NCBI GenBank assembly: GCA_964016885.1
Contig: OZ024750.1
Span: 32,984,001 to 33,048,000 of the forward strand
Direction: 5' to 3'
Source of the DNA: Eledone cirrhosa
Taxonomy: Eukaryota
Length of the DNA stretch: 64,000 bases
This document shows positions 15,544-27,708 of the stretch, piece after piece. How positions within the stretch are numbered: the stretch's first letter is position 1; the number at the start of each line of letters is the position of its first letter. Both the position numbers and the translations under genes were made by a program. The notes under the pieces were generated by a model, which had not been told where the DNA came from, made no database searches, and saw only the letters and a list, made by a program, of their open reading frames with translations.

Positions 15544-15735
15544 GGGCGGTGGATTGGCGGTATCGGTAGATAGTCGGACACCATGCTTTGACGCATAGAG
15601 TGAAGGCCCTTCCCATTCTGTGTTCAAACCCCGCCGAGGTCAACTTTGCCTTTCATCCTTACGGGGTCGATAAAATAAAGTACCAGTAATGTACTGGGTA
15701 ATTGCTGGCCTTGTGCCAAAAGTAGAAACAATTAT
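15544..15735 (+). mobile_element. SINE with 19-bp TSD
   Basis: ATTATCTCACTCTCTCTAT at 15525-15543 and 15731-15749. Confidence 0.93.
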
Positions 15736-15759
15736 CTCACTCTCTCTATACTTCTTTAG

Positions 15760-15880
15760 AAGAAATCTGCTGTATTCAGACCTGGAGAGGAAATGAGCTC
15801 TGCCAGGTCTAAAAATGCCCCAGAAGCGCCGTATTTCAAGACAGTGGCTCTACGACTTTTTCGGGGACCATGCCATGCCA
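15760..15880 (+). repeat. Unclassified dispersed repeat, second copy at about 45974-46095
   Basis: Both start AGAAATCTGCTGTATTC and share colinear blocks (caggt..aatgcc..agaa..ctacgact..ccatgc). Confidence 0.6.
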
Positions 15881-17053
15881 TTTATGAATGTATTTACATA
15901 TGTATTTATTTAAATATATTTAAAAGGACATATGGTAGGGAAATGCTCAGGGATGACAGCTGCCTGTATGTAATTCATAAACTAGATACTAACATCTCTG
16001 TGGAAAGATTAACATTTGCTACCATATATAAGTTAGAATGCCTTGTCAAGGTTTACACCATATTTATTAACGTAAAACAATCAAGCCATAATTATTAGTT
16101 GTGAATAGTAAATACGTATATGTGTTTAATTTTGGGCAGAAACATATGTTATAGCAATTAAAGTAAACAGCTTGTTCTGAAAGTTAAATCCTGCTTTCTT
16201 TTACAACCATTAATAAACTGGACGCTAACACATATAATGTAGTAAGTCAAGAATTTTTATTAAATTAAAATATCACCGCTAATGAAGAAGAAAAGCAATT
16301 ATCTTAATGATATAGCAATATGACCAAGGAAGATATGAAAGGCAGCGTCCGAATTTAGATCACTTAGTTTAATTAAAAATAGAATGCAGTGGTGAGTGAA
16401 TCTGATGTTTTACAACTCAGGTCATGTTTCCTTATTATTAGACCTCATCAGTGAAGTATACTTTAAACTATTGTTACAGATCTTATAATTCTTGAAAAAT
16501 ATATGATTTTAATGGATGAACACTGTGTATGCAATAATTTAAGAGAACCTAGGGTGGGGAAATGTCCAGGGACGCCATCTCTCTGGAAAATAATCGTAAA
16601 TTAGACACTAATATAATATATTAAAACAGCATTAAATAGTTTTGCACCCACATTACTAAAAGCTATTTTATACAGCAGTCGTCTCTGTGTAGATTTTCCC
16701 AGTTAATCATATATGGCATGACTGTCTTCCACAACCAGAAAAATAAAAAGAAATAATATAAATTTACGATCATGAATTTTGTATCTTCAAAATAGGAATT
16801 TCGAAATTAAACGCGGCTAACAATTTAGTGAAAATGTTTTTATACTGATTCACTATTTTCGTTATGAACGTGAATGATCAACATGAATATTTTTTTTATA
16901 TTGAAAATAATAATATTTATGTAACATTTCTCTTGCACCTAACGAGCTCTCACATTAATAGCGTTGGCCATCTTTGTTTAGAGTTACCTTAAAGATAACA
17001 ACACACGTAACGGAGCTAACGCGCATGCAAAGTTTGAAACCAGAAGAAGCAAC

Positions 17054-17418
17054 ATTTATGTGTATTTAATACAATAACCATTATATATATATATGTGCCG
17101 ATGATTGCCAGTTAAATTAAGTATAGGGATATAAAATAGACGGACGCAAAGTGTTTTATTATATTTTTCTGGCAATATTATAGTAGTATGACCCCCCCCC
17201 CCCAAAAAAAAAATATAACAATATATATATATATATATATATATAGTATTAAGGATACTATTTATGGTTATGTATATACTAAAACTTTTTATAGTTATAT
17301 ATATTTTAAACCCTAAACAGTGAAAGACAGTAATTTATTACTACCTTATTACCAGTAAGATAAATAGCTCAATGTAATAACATCAGTTGTTCTACAGAGC
17401 AGTTATATAGAAATCACA

Positions 17419-17499
<81 letters not shown>

Positions 17500-17992
17500 A
17501 GAATATTTTCGAAATAGCGACCGAGTTTGAAATTATAAATGTAAACTATCGCCGTATTTTGACTAAAGAAATTATAGAAAATTATTTAGTCAATACTCAT
17601 CTTTTTCCATTTCTCCGAGGGTTCTTAACCCCACTATCAGCCGAAATAATTTTCTATAATTTGTACGTCAATACTCATCTTTTTCCATTTCTCCGAGGGT
17701 TCTTAACCCCACTATCAGCCTAAATAATTTTCTATAATTTCTTTAGTCAAAATACGGCGATAGTTTACATTTATAATTTCAAACTCGCTTGCTGTTTCGA
17801 AAATATTCTTACTATATATATATATTGTTATATTTCTTTTTTTTTTTGGGGGGGGGGGGGTTCATACTACTATAATATTACCAGAAAGTATAATAAAACA
17901 CTTTGCGTCCGTATATTTTATATCCCAAAAGTAAATTTAACTGGCAATCATTGGCACACATATATATATAATGGTTATTGTATTAAATACAC

Positions 17993-17998
<6 letters not shown>
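17054..17998. repeat. Long imperfect inverted repeat with a 78-bp tandem duplication in the loop; left arm interrupted at about 17246-17490
   Basis: 17054-17245 and 17490-17589 are reverse complements of 17720-17998; related sequence at 13494, 25441, 34955, 50640 and 59040. Confidence 0.85.
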
Positions 17999-18035
<37 letters not shown>

Positions 18036-18243
18036 AAAAGTAATAAGAAATAACAAATCAAACGACACAGTACAAGGAAGAAATATATTAGTTTAACGCT
18101 TGGTATAGTAGGAAAAGAGTCATAACGTTTCGTGCACTAGACCTTCATCAGAAAATCGAATGAGAAATAAAAAATGAAATAGAAAGAAGAAGGAACGGAA
18201 AAACAACAGTTTTGAGACAAAATACGCGTGTATTCAGTTAGCC

Positions 18244-18295
<52 letters not shown>

Positions 18296-18576
18296 TCAAG
18301 TTATCAATAATGTAGTGATAATATATCTTCACAGTAGAGATGAACAGCATACGTGTAGGTTTGCTCAACGAGTATAAATTATATTCTGGAGAAAATGTAG
18401 AAAAGATGAATATAAAATGTAAGTGCTTTTATAAAGGAATTTATTAGGTATTTACATATGTTTCTGTAACAGACGGAATACCTATGTATCGCTGCTTGCG
18501 TAATCATATAATATTAGCACGTATTCGATAGCAAATGTATAATCAGTTGTCACTTCTTCAGAGATATTGGATAAAT

Positions 18577-18801
18577 TGGCAGCTGCGCGAAAATAACCAA
18601 CAATTTAACCTAAAATGGGATAAAATAGTGCCCGCCCCGGCGTAATACCAAGGACAGAAATTTTGTAGATCGTGTAATAATGAAATGTTTTGTATTATGA
18701 AATCCAAAAATATTTTATTAAATAACAGAATAGAGCGATCGTTATACTGTAACCATCGCTTGAAATCTACATTTTCATATTACAAACGCTACCAGGATTG
18801 A
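18577..18801 (+). pseudogene. PLE (Neptune-type) GIY-YIG endonuclease C-terminal fragment
   Basis: WQLRENNQQFNLKWDKIVPAPA*YQGQKFCRSCNNEMFCIMKSKNILLNNRIERSLYCNHRLK fits the W.LK..W.I..A.Y..C.LC..E..I..LLN.R.E..C.H pattern; one stop. Confidence 0.8.
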
Positions 18802-19257
18802 ACGCCTGTCTCCATCCCCGTTTGATTGTCAAAATACATATTAACATTATCTCTATTAGTTTAAATTCTATCAACACTTCTATTCTTTATTATTTAATAT
18901 AAAATAAGATTTCTCAATTCAATTCCCTAAAGCATATACCAACGGGCTACCAGCATTGTTGTTATACAGTAGCAGTGAAAATATCTCTCCCTCACTTGAC
19001 ACCTTATATCTGTATTAATACTACCACACCAAGCCACCAGCCCTGTCCATTGTTCAACTGGTCAAATATAAATTAAAATCGGCACTCCCAAAAATTCTTA
19101 TTTAGATAAAATAAGCCATATACACATTGTATTCTCATTAAAAACCTTGTTTGCCAGCAAATTGAATTGCCATCTGTCATATACTTTCATCTCTCCTCTT
19201 CCTTTCGTACGACTAATATAAATACTTTGATTTTTCTGATTTTTTCCAATTTATTCA

Positions 19258-19377
19258 ATATTTCTGAAGAAGTGACAACTGATTATACATTTGCTATCGA
19301 GTACGTGCTAATATTATATGATTACGCAGGCAGCGATACATAGGTATTCCGTCTGTTACAGAAACATATGTAAATAC
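19258..19377 (+). ncRNA. HHR-like motif with about 90-nt helix II region (mirror copy 18448-18567, -)
   Basis: CTGAAGA-AGTGACA...TGTTACA-GAAA-CATATG-TA; helix I weak. Confidence 0.55.
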
Positions 19378-19439
19378 CTAATAATTTCCTTTATAAAAGC
19401 ACTTTCATTTTATATTCATCTTTTCTATATATATATATA

Positions 19440-19840
19440 TATATTAATAAGAGGAATTCCAACTTTGTCTGATTTACTCGTTTTATTTACAATCCTTTAA
19501 AATATATAATGGTATTATAATGAAATAGTATGATAGAATATTAAATTCTAAGTGTTAATTGAACAAGTACTTTCATGCTTTCGCAATCTTCAGGTTCATA
19601 ATATGTGGTGACAGTCGAGTTTGCAATTTTCAACAATTTTCAACAGTTGAAAATTGCAAACTCGACTGTCACCACATATTATGAACCTGAAGATTGCGAA
19701 AGCATGAAAGTACTTGTTCAATTAACACTTAGAATTTAATATTCTATCATACTATTTCATTATAATACCATTATATATTTTAAAGGATTGTAAATAAAAC
19801 GAGTAAATCAGACAAAGTTGGAATTCCTCTTATTAATATA
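19440..19840. mobile_element. 400-bp fold-back palindrome with an HHR in each arm
   Basis: Arms appear to be exact reverse complements; apex has AATTTTCAAC x2; (TA)n flanks. Confidence 0.9.
19682..19720 (+). ncRNA. Minimal HHR (mirror copy 19560-19598, -)
   Basis: TGAAC-CTGAAGA-TTGC(GAAA)GCAT-GAAA-GTAC-TT|GTTCA. Confidence 0.78.
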
Positions 19841-19879
19841 ATCTTCTATACACAATCATACACACCCGTGTATATTTAC

Positions 19880-19926
<47 letters not shown>

Positions 19927-20631
19927 TTCTGTGATGGTTACAAAACTTAAAATTTTAGAAGAAACATCGTTGATTTATGGTCGTATAAACGAGAATAGGT
20001 TTACCAACATTAGAGTTATTACTTCTTATAAACACGATGAAGTTGAATACACCTCACAATCTGCTGAAATCAAATATTACTTTTGGCAGTTATTATTTTA
20101 TTAGATAGAAGTCGAACAAAATATATTTAGATATAAAAAGTACAATGATTTCAGAATACTTTAATATACCAATAAATTCGTATCAAATCTCCGTCTGTAT
20201 AAGAAATCAATGAAACATCTACATCAGTTTCTCGGGCCATGAAAAACGTATTAATTATTTTAAATTCTAAATCAATATTATTGTTTAACGGGAAGATTTT
20301 ACAGTATAAATAGAGGTAAGCAAGATTTATTATTGTAAGTACAACGAATAAGAGTTATTTTAATACTTTAATAGCTCCGTTATTTTCACAACTGTCTAGA
20401 AAGATTATTCTTCTTCAATAAACACACTATATGACACCGATCTGGCCACATGATAACGGCCTGACCACAGTAATCTAGGGCTCGCCCTCACCGATCCAAG
20501 CTGACAAGAGGATCAAAAGGAACTGTTCACAAATAATAAAGGTTTGGTAATGACCACATATGTACACTGAGAAACAGTACATATACCATGGCTGAACTCA
20601 TAACGTTGCATCCCCACCAAGTGTCATTTAC

Positions 20632-20678
20632 CTGAGCAACTTGTTAACCCATGCTTGTTTGGAATCCAGTTGCGGGGA
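20632..20678 (-). other. Candidate 47-nt internal exon
   Basis: tatttcag acceptor and CAG|gtaaat donor; one frame reads SPQLDSKQAWVNKLL; unverified. Confidence 0.2.
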
Positions 20679-21302
20679 CTGAAATAGTATTTCAAAGGAC
20701 CAGCCTTCTATATCACACCGAATCACCCTCAGAATTACGTTAAAGAAATTTAAGAAGGAAGACTTTCTTAGTTGGTGAATGTGAGGCGATATTATTATAA
20801 GCAAAACAAAACGAAAAACAAGAAACAACAATATTCATTTGCAATCGTAGGAAACCAAATAAAAATCAAGAGTTATTTACCTTGTATAGGTAGTTTCCTC
20901 TCGAATTATGCATTGACAGACACTTAATGAAGTGTAAGTCTTCTTAAATCGTTGTATGAATTTATATTTCTTTATTCACAGAGTGGAACCTAATAGTTTA
21001 AGTCGAGTTGTTTAGTCTCTAAACTGTTTGTTTCTTGGGAGGAGGATTGTAGTTCCTAGAAAAACACCAATGGTGGTGCCCCAGCTTAGCCTCAGCCTAT
21101 CCGATGGAACACGTAATAGGGCATAGAGTAAATGGCCGCAAATGGACGTGGGAAGAAAGAAGTGGCCAATGTTTAACATTACACACCACAGACAGGACCC
21201 TCAAGGACATTCATCTATAAACATTAATTTAAAGATCGAAAACAAAATAATTTTAGGAAAGAAATCGAGAGACATTTCTGAAAGATGAGAGATGCAATGT
21301 AA

Positions 21303-21339
21303 ATGTTGATGATGATATTAATGATGATGATACTGATAT

Positions 21340-21385
<46 letters not shown>

Positions 21386-21575
21386 AAGGATGACTATGAT
21401 ATTGGTGATGTTGATGATGATGATGATGACGATTACTATGATATTGGTGTTGATGATGATTACGATGATGATGATGATGATGACGATGACGATGACGATG
21501 ACGATGATGATGATGACGATGATGATGATGATGACCATGATGATGATGACGATGATGATGATGGTGGTGATGAGG
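21303..21575. repeat. (GAT/GAC)n trinucleotide repeat
   Basis: Direct inspection. Confidence 0.95.
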
Positions 21576-21798
21576 TATATGCCTATTTCAACGAACCAAT
21601 ACTTAACATCAATCATTTTATAAAAAAACTAAATTAGTATTTTGCATCACTGGTTGGTTAATGAACATTTATAATTAATTAGTTAAGTTCACATTGCTGA
21701 CATTACGGAGGACGCCATGATGGCATTTTCTTTGCTCTTTGTTTTGGAGTATATTTTTTATAAACTAAATATTTTTGTGTTCACCTCAATTAGAATTA

Positions 21799-21853
21799 GT
21801 ACTACTACTACTGCTGATACTACAACTACTACTAATACTACTACTACTGCTGA

Positions 21854-21932
<79 letters not shown>

Positions 21933-21961
21933 GCTGCTGCTACAGCTACTATTACTGTTGT

Positions 21962-21998
<37 letters not shown>

Positions 21999-22310
21999 GC
22001 TACAGCTACTACTAATGCTGTTACTACAACAACTATTACTACTACTACTACTACTACTGCTGCTCTTGCTACTACAACTACTACTACTACTATTAATACT
22101 AATACTATTACTGCCGCTGCTGCTGCTACTACTACTGCTACTGCTGCTGCTGCTAATAATAATAATAACAATAATAATAATAATAATAATAATAATATGG
22201 CGGCTGATGCTGATGATGCTCCTAATGCAGTTAGTTCAGCTACTGCTGCTGCAGTTGCTGATACTGTTGTTCCTGCTGCAGTTATTGCTGCCGATGATGA
22301 TAATGTTTAA
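21799..22310. repeat. Compound (ACT)n/(GCT)n/(AAT)n repeat
   Basis: Direct inspection. Confidence 0.95.
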
Positions 22311-22534
22311 TGTTTTCTTTTAGTAACCACTCAAACCAATTACATTTAAATGCATTCATACATGCAATATCAAACCATGTAGCGGCAAAGTAAATTGCAT
22401 TAAAAACAAGCGGGGTGTTTCACAAGTGATATACAAACATGTAAATACATATAATGTAAGAATATATAATATATATAAATAAAGAAACGTACTAAAAACA
22501 AGCGAGGTGTTTCATCAGTCAGAGACAAACAAAC

Positions 22535-22570
<36 letters not shown>

Positions 22571-22763
22571 GGATTTTAATGGATACAGTTTAGTTAAAAG
22601 GAATTTATTGACACGTGTTTCTATAACAGTTACATAACCTGAAAACAGCTGCTATCTACAAAGTATTAGTTATGCAGACATTCAATATTTCAATGTTATT
22701 ATCAACTGTCATTTCATCGGAATATATATATATATATAAAGTAGGAAAACATAATATATAATG

Positions 22764-22974
22764 CTTTCTGATTTAGGTACAAGGCCAGCAATTTTGGGGG
22801 GAGAGGAAAGTCGATTAAATCGATCCCAGTGTGTGACTGGTACTTTATTGTATCGACCCCGTAAGGATGAAAGGCAAAGTTGACCTCGGCGGGATTTGAA
22901 CTCAGAATTGAAAGGGCCTTAACTCTATGCGTCAAAGCATGACGTCCGACCCTCTACCGATACTGCCAATCCAC
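22764..22974 (-). mobile_element. SINE, long-tail subfamily
   Basis: Consensus plus GGGATCGATTTAATCGACTTTCCTCTCCCCCC segment. Confidence 0.9.
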
Positions 22975-23164
22975 GATAATATGATATAATATAATATAAT
23001 ATAATATAATATAATATATATATGTGGGGGGAGGGTACTAAACAAAACTAAACATTTACGAGTACCTAGAAAAATATTTCGACTAATACACCCACTTATG
23101 TATGAGAAAACGGCAGTTAAACCCTGTTAGAGAATCTCACAGCATAACCCAATTACACAATTAT

Positions 23165-24075
23165 TGCTGGTTCTGAGCTTTGGTACAGACAAAGGTGGCA
23201 CAACTCTACCGCTCATCACTGCTAGTTCTAAGCTCTGGTTCACACAAGGGTGCCACGATATCCTTAATATTACTGCTTGTTCAGAGCTCTGGTACACACA
23301 AGGGTGCCACGATATCCTTAATATAACTGCTGGTTCTGAGCTCTGGTGCACACAAGGGTGACAAGATGTCCTTAATATTACTGCTTGTTCAGAGATCTGG
23401 TACACACAAGGGTGACAAGATGTCCTTAATATTACTGCTTGTTCAGAGATCTGGTACACACAAGGGTGACAAGATATCGTTAATATTATTGCTTGTTCAG
23501 AGCTCTGGTACACACAAGGGTGACAAGATATCGTTAATATTACTGCTTGTTCAGAGCTCTGGTACACACAAGGGTGACAAGATATCGTTAATATTACTGC
23601 TTGTTCAGAGCTCTGGTACACACAAGGGTGACAAGATATCGTTAATATTACTGCTTGTTCAGAGCTCTGGTACACACAAGGGTGACAACATATCGTTAAT
23701 ATTACTGCTTGTTCAGAGCTCTGGTACACACAAGGGTGACAAGATATCGTTAATATTGCTGCTTGTTCAGAGCTCTCGTACACACAAGGGTGACAAGATA
23801 TCGTTAATATTACTGCTTGTTCAGATCTCTGGTACACACAAGGGTGACAAGATATCGTTAATATTACTGCTTGTTCTGAGCTCTCGTACACACAAAGTTG
23901 CCACAACCCTACGGCGCAAAATTGCTATTACTGACCTCTGCTATACACAGTGATGCCATGGCTCTACCTCACAACACCTTTTCTGAGCTCTAGTAGACAA
24001 CAAGGTGCCATGACGACTCTATCCACCACTACCGCTCATACTAGGCTCTGTAAAACACAAAGGTGCCACAACACT
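23165..24075. repeat. 54-bp minisatellite, about 12 homogeneous units with decayed flanks
   Basis: Unit AGCTCTGGTACACACAAGGGTGACAAGATATCGTTAATATTACTGCTTGTTCAG; 23501 vs 23555. Confidence 0.95.
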
Positions 24076-24109
24076 ACACAGACACCGCAGTTTTTGTCTA
24101 TACGTTAAG

Positions 24110-24208
24110 TAAAATATCTTGCACAAAGACACAACAAGCCGCCAAGAAACGAACTGACAACGTCAGGATCTTAAACCGGACTTCCTAACCACTAAGCCAC
24201 TTGCCTCC
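24110..24208 (-). mobile_element. Head of a second, older tRNA-SINE family
   Basis: Minus strand GGAGGCAAGTGGCTTAGTGGTTAGG...TTGTGTCTTTGTGCAAGATA; similar head at about 32360-32378. Confidence 0.55.
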
Positions 24209-24339
24209 GTAATGTTACTCAATGCACAAGGAAGGGATGACCAGAAACACGACGCATTGTATTCAGCAGGTCTTTGTCCTTAAAGTGAAATACTGAAAAG
24301 ATATTTTCTAAAGAAATCGAAGAAGGAAGAAAGAAGGAA

Positions 24340-24431
24340 AAAAAAGAAGCCTGATGAGGATGAAGTATTTCGAGGAAAAAATGATGGTGATAGTGGTGGG
24401 GAGGATGAAAGGATGGGCTGGAACAGGAGGT

Positions 24432-24467
<36 letters not shown>

Positions 24468-25005
24468 GAAGAAGGAGGAGGAGGAAATGATGGTGATGAT
24501 GATGGTGATCGTGGTGATGATGGTGGTGAGGATGAAAGGATGGGCTGGAACAGGAGATTGATGATGATGATGACGATGAAGAGAACGAGGAGGAAATGAT
24601 GGTGTTGGTGATGGTGGTGATGGTGGTGGGGAGGTTGAAAGGATGAGCTGGGGTAGGAGGTTGATGATGATGATGATGAGAAGGAGGTGGAAATAATGGT
24701 GATGATGATGATGGTGATGGTGGTGGTGGTGAGGAAGAAAGGAGGAGCTGGAACAGGAGGTTGATGATGATGATGATGATGATGAGAAGCAGGAGGAGGA
24801 AATGATGGTGTTGGTGGCGGTGATGGTAGGAGGTTGATGATGATGATGATGGTGGTGATGAGAAGGAGGAGGAGGTGGAGGAGGAGGAAATGATGATGAT
24901 GGTGATAGTGGTGATGGTGGTGGTGAGGATGAAAGGATGAGCTGGAGTAGTAGGTTGATGACGACGACGAGGACGACGACAAGGAAGAGGAGGGGGGGGG
25001 GGGGG
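24340..25005. repeat. Purine-rich compound GAT/GGT/GAG repeat with about 100-130 bp higher-order unit
   Basis: GAGGATGAAAGGATG(G/A)GCTGG..AGGAGGTTGATG recurs at about 24401, 24528, 24631, 24731, 24925. Confidence 0.85.
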
Positions 25006-25327
25006 ATATATAAGCAACATCCATTGTTTACCTCTTCTGTTATGACATTAATCAGTCTACTATTATTCTTTGCTCAGTATGGTAACCACGTCACTTGTGC
25101 TTATTTTCAAATAATTCATCACTCCTTTACATAACAAGACAATGTCCTCCATTGAATCAATATGAAAAACCTGAATCCATAGACATATGCTGGAATTAAG
25201 ATGCTGATAAATAACCTACGGATTTTCTTATCTAAAGCTTTCAGCTCATTTTAACTTACAGCAGTGGAATTGTAAATTTTAGATTTTACTTTGGTTATCT
25301 AACCTGTAAATCGATACGTGATGCTGT

Positions 25328-25371
<44 letters not shown>

Positions 25372-25388
25372 CACACATACATACATGC

Positions 25389-25440
<52 letters not shown>

Positions 25441-25444
<4 letters not shown>

Positions 25445-25750
25445 ATACTTTGAGAGGGTCAATAAGAAACACACGCGCCAGTTGCATTTGCTTCAAAAGA
25501 GGTCACAGAATGTGTGACGAAAGAACTTTGACAATATATGAACATTCGTCTGGTTGTGGAACCAACCAACCAACCGGAAATTTATAAATTCCTAAATTTA
25601 TAAATTTATTATATAATAAATTGAAGTGAAACCAACTGGTGCGTGTGTTTCTTATTGGCAACATGACCCTACTAAAGTATAACAATATTGGTTTCAACAC
25701 ACGTTTTCAGATAAAGGATCTTGCTAAACAAATTCAGAAACGAAATATAT
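25441..25750. mobile_element. (TA)n-flanked repeat with inverted arms (25441-25684); homologue at 13494-13830
   Basis: TGTTATACTTTGAGAGGGTCA / TGACCCTACTAAAGTATAACA; reverse-complement similarity to 13494-13720. Confidence 0.7.
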
Positions 25751-25963
25751 ATATATATGCAATAATACAGCATATTCGAAGTTCGATCAGCAGCCAAGCC
25801 AACGAATGCCTTCAGCAGTGGAGCCAAGCACTCGACAAGGAATAACACTCAGAGTAATAACATACAGTTTAAAGGGCTTTGCAAATTGAAAATAGCGACC
25901 GCTAATTTAGCCGCGTGATCTGTAGCAACGAAAGAACTGACTAGTGAGAAAACGAAATACAAA

Positions 25964-26037
<74 letters not shown>

Positions 26038-26104
26038 AAAATATACATACATACATACATATATGCACATATCTATATATATACACACAGACACACATAC
26101 ATAC

Positions 26105-26159
<55 letters not shown>

Positions 26160-26269
26160 TTGGAATAGAATGAAACGAAATTTCATTTCTCACTCTTAGT
26201 ACGGCACTTACTTAAATGTAAGTATGTATATATACGTACATACATATATGTATACAGACGTACAGTACC

Positions 26270-26308
<39 letters not shown>

Positions 26309-26437
26309 TAAATCTACCAAGAGTTTACGGTAGTGTCCAATCCGTATGAAGAACTCAATGTATTCCGGATATCATGGAAAGAAGAGATGTAATGAAAAAC
26401 CACTTTCGGTGAAAGATAAACGGTATACAGAGTCAAG

Positions 26438-26846
26438 ATAAAATATTAAACAAATAATGAATAAACAATTCCTTATATTAAACAAAAAAAGTTCATTATT
26501 TAACGATCGTTTCTAGGGTATATATGTGTTATAATTGGTATGCATATTCAACAGATCTATGTACAAAATTATACAAAATTATACAAATTATCAAGATTAA
26601 ATATACATACCAAACACATATATACGCCGTCTTCAGAAATAATGAAGAATTTATTTCTGAAGACGGCGTATATATGTGTTTGGTATGTATATTTAATCTT
26701 GATAATTTGTATAATTTTGTATAATTTTGTACATAGATCTGTTGAATATGCATACCAATTATAACACATATATACCCTAGAAACGATCGTTAAATAATGA
26801 ACTTTTTTTGTTTAATATAAGGAATTGTTTATTCATTATTTGTTTA

Positions 26847-26855
<9 letters not shown>
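26438..26855. mobile_element. 418-bp fold-back palindrome with a long-helix-II HHR in each arm
   Basis: Arms 26438-26642 and 26651-26855; 8-nt loop TGAAGAAT. Confidence 0.92.
26651..26797 (+). ncRNA. HHR with 116-nt helix II region (mirror copy 26496-26642, -)
   Basis: TTATTT-CTGAAGA-[GTATATATGTGTT/AACACATATATAC; TGGTATGTATATTTAA/TTGAATATGCATACCA]-GAAA-CGATCG-TT|AAATAA. Confidence 0.72.
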
Positions 26856-26886
<31 letters not shown>

Positions 26887-27002
26887 CAGGTACACATATA
26901 TATATGTACGTATCAGTTTAGCGAATGTTTATTATAACGCCCGCTTTGTCCGTTTGTAAACAAACGGACAGCCTGATTTATGCCGTACGGTATTAAGGGT
27001 AT

Positions 27003-27045
27003 ACGGTGCTGACGATAGCTAAGAAGCTTGAAACTAGTACATCGT
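27003..27045 (+). ncRNA. Minimal HHR, copy 1
   Basis: ACGGTG-CTGACGA-TAGCT(aaga)AGCTT-GAAA-CTAG-TA|CATCGT. Confidence 0.85.
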
Positions 27046-27194
27046 TCCTGTGTCAGTGTTGAACAAAAAGGTGACGTGGTTGCCTTAATACCGTACGGCA
27101 TAAATCAGGCTGTCCGTTTGTTTACAAACGGACAAAGCGGGCGTTATAATAAACATTCGCTAAACTGATACGTACATATATATATGTGTACCTG

Positions 27195-27231
<37 letters not shown>

Positions 27232-27465
27232 GCTACTGTACGTCTGTATACATATATGTATGTACGTATATATACATACTTACATTTAAGTAAGTGCCGT
27301 ACTAAGAGTGAGAAATGAAATTTCGTTTCATTCTATTCCAACTTATCGTTTTCGGTGCGCCTGGCCGACTGAACTCACTCGATATGCAAATTAGGCTGCT
27401 CAGCCGTTAATTTTCATAAGCAAAGTATATACTTTCGAACGTTCAACCATCTGGCAGAAGGGTAT

Positions 27466-27508
27466 ACGGTGCTGACGATAGCTAAGAAGCTTGAAACTAG
27501 TACATCGT
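27466..27508 (+). ncRNA. Minimal HHR, copy 2
   Basis: Identical to 27003-27045, 463 bp downstream. Confidence 0.85.
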
Positions 27509-27659
27509 TCCTGTGTCAGTGTTGAACAAAAAGGTGACGTGGTTGCCTTAATACCGTACGGCATAAATCAGGCTGTCCGTTTGTTTACAAACGGACAAAG
27601 CGGTCGTTATAATAAACATTCGCTAAACTGATACGTACATATATATATATGTGTACCTG

Positions 27660-27708
<49 letters not shown>

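Larger units (their letters stand above)
18398..19427 (+). mobile_element. 5'-truncated Penelope-like element with inverted pLTR copy at its 5' end
   Basis: Arms 18398-18579 and 19246-19427 enclose a GIY-YIG C-terminal fragment; HHR-like motif in each arm; (TA)n on both sides. Confidence 0.85.

Noticed and set aside
16415-16456. CTGATGA..GAAACATG on the minus strand
   Set aside because: Helix II does not pair and the NUH triplet is missing
18118-18156. CTGATGAAGG..GAAACGTTA on the minus strand
   Set aside because: Probably a decayed PLE HHR, but helices I and II no longer pair, so it is not called
19440-19840. Palindromes as sequencing or assembly fold-back artefacts
   Set aside because: Most have arm substitutions, later insertions and a consistent HHR/(TA)n context; not fully excluded for the apparently perfect ones (19440, 26438) without reads
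21224-22323. Poly-Met, poly-Thr and poly-Leu ORFs
   Set aside because: Pure trinucleotide repeats with no non-repetitive coding context
24280-25024. His/Pro/Ser-rich ORFs of 238-246 aa
   Set aside because: Low-complexity GAT/GGT/GAG repeat open in several frames; no splice or domain evidence
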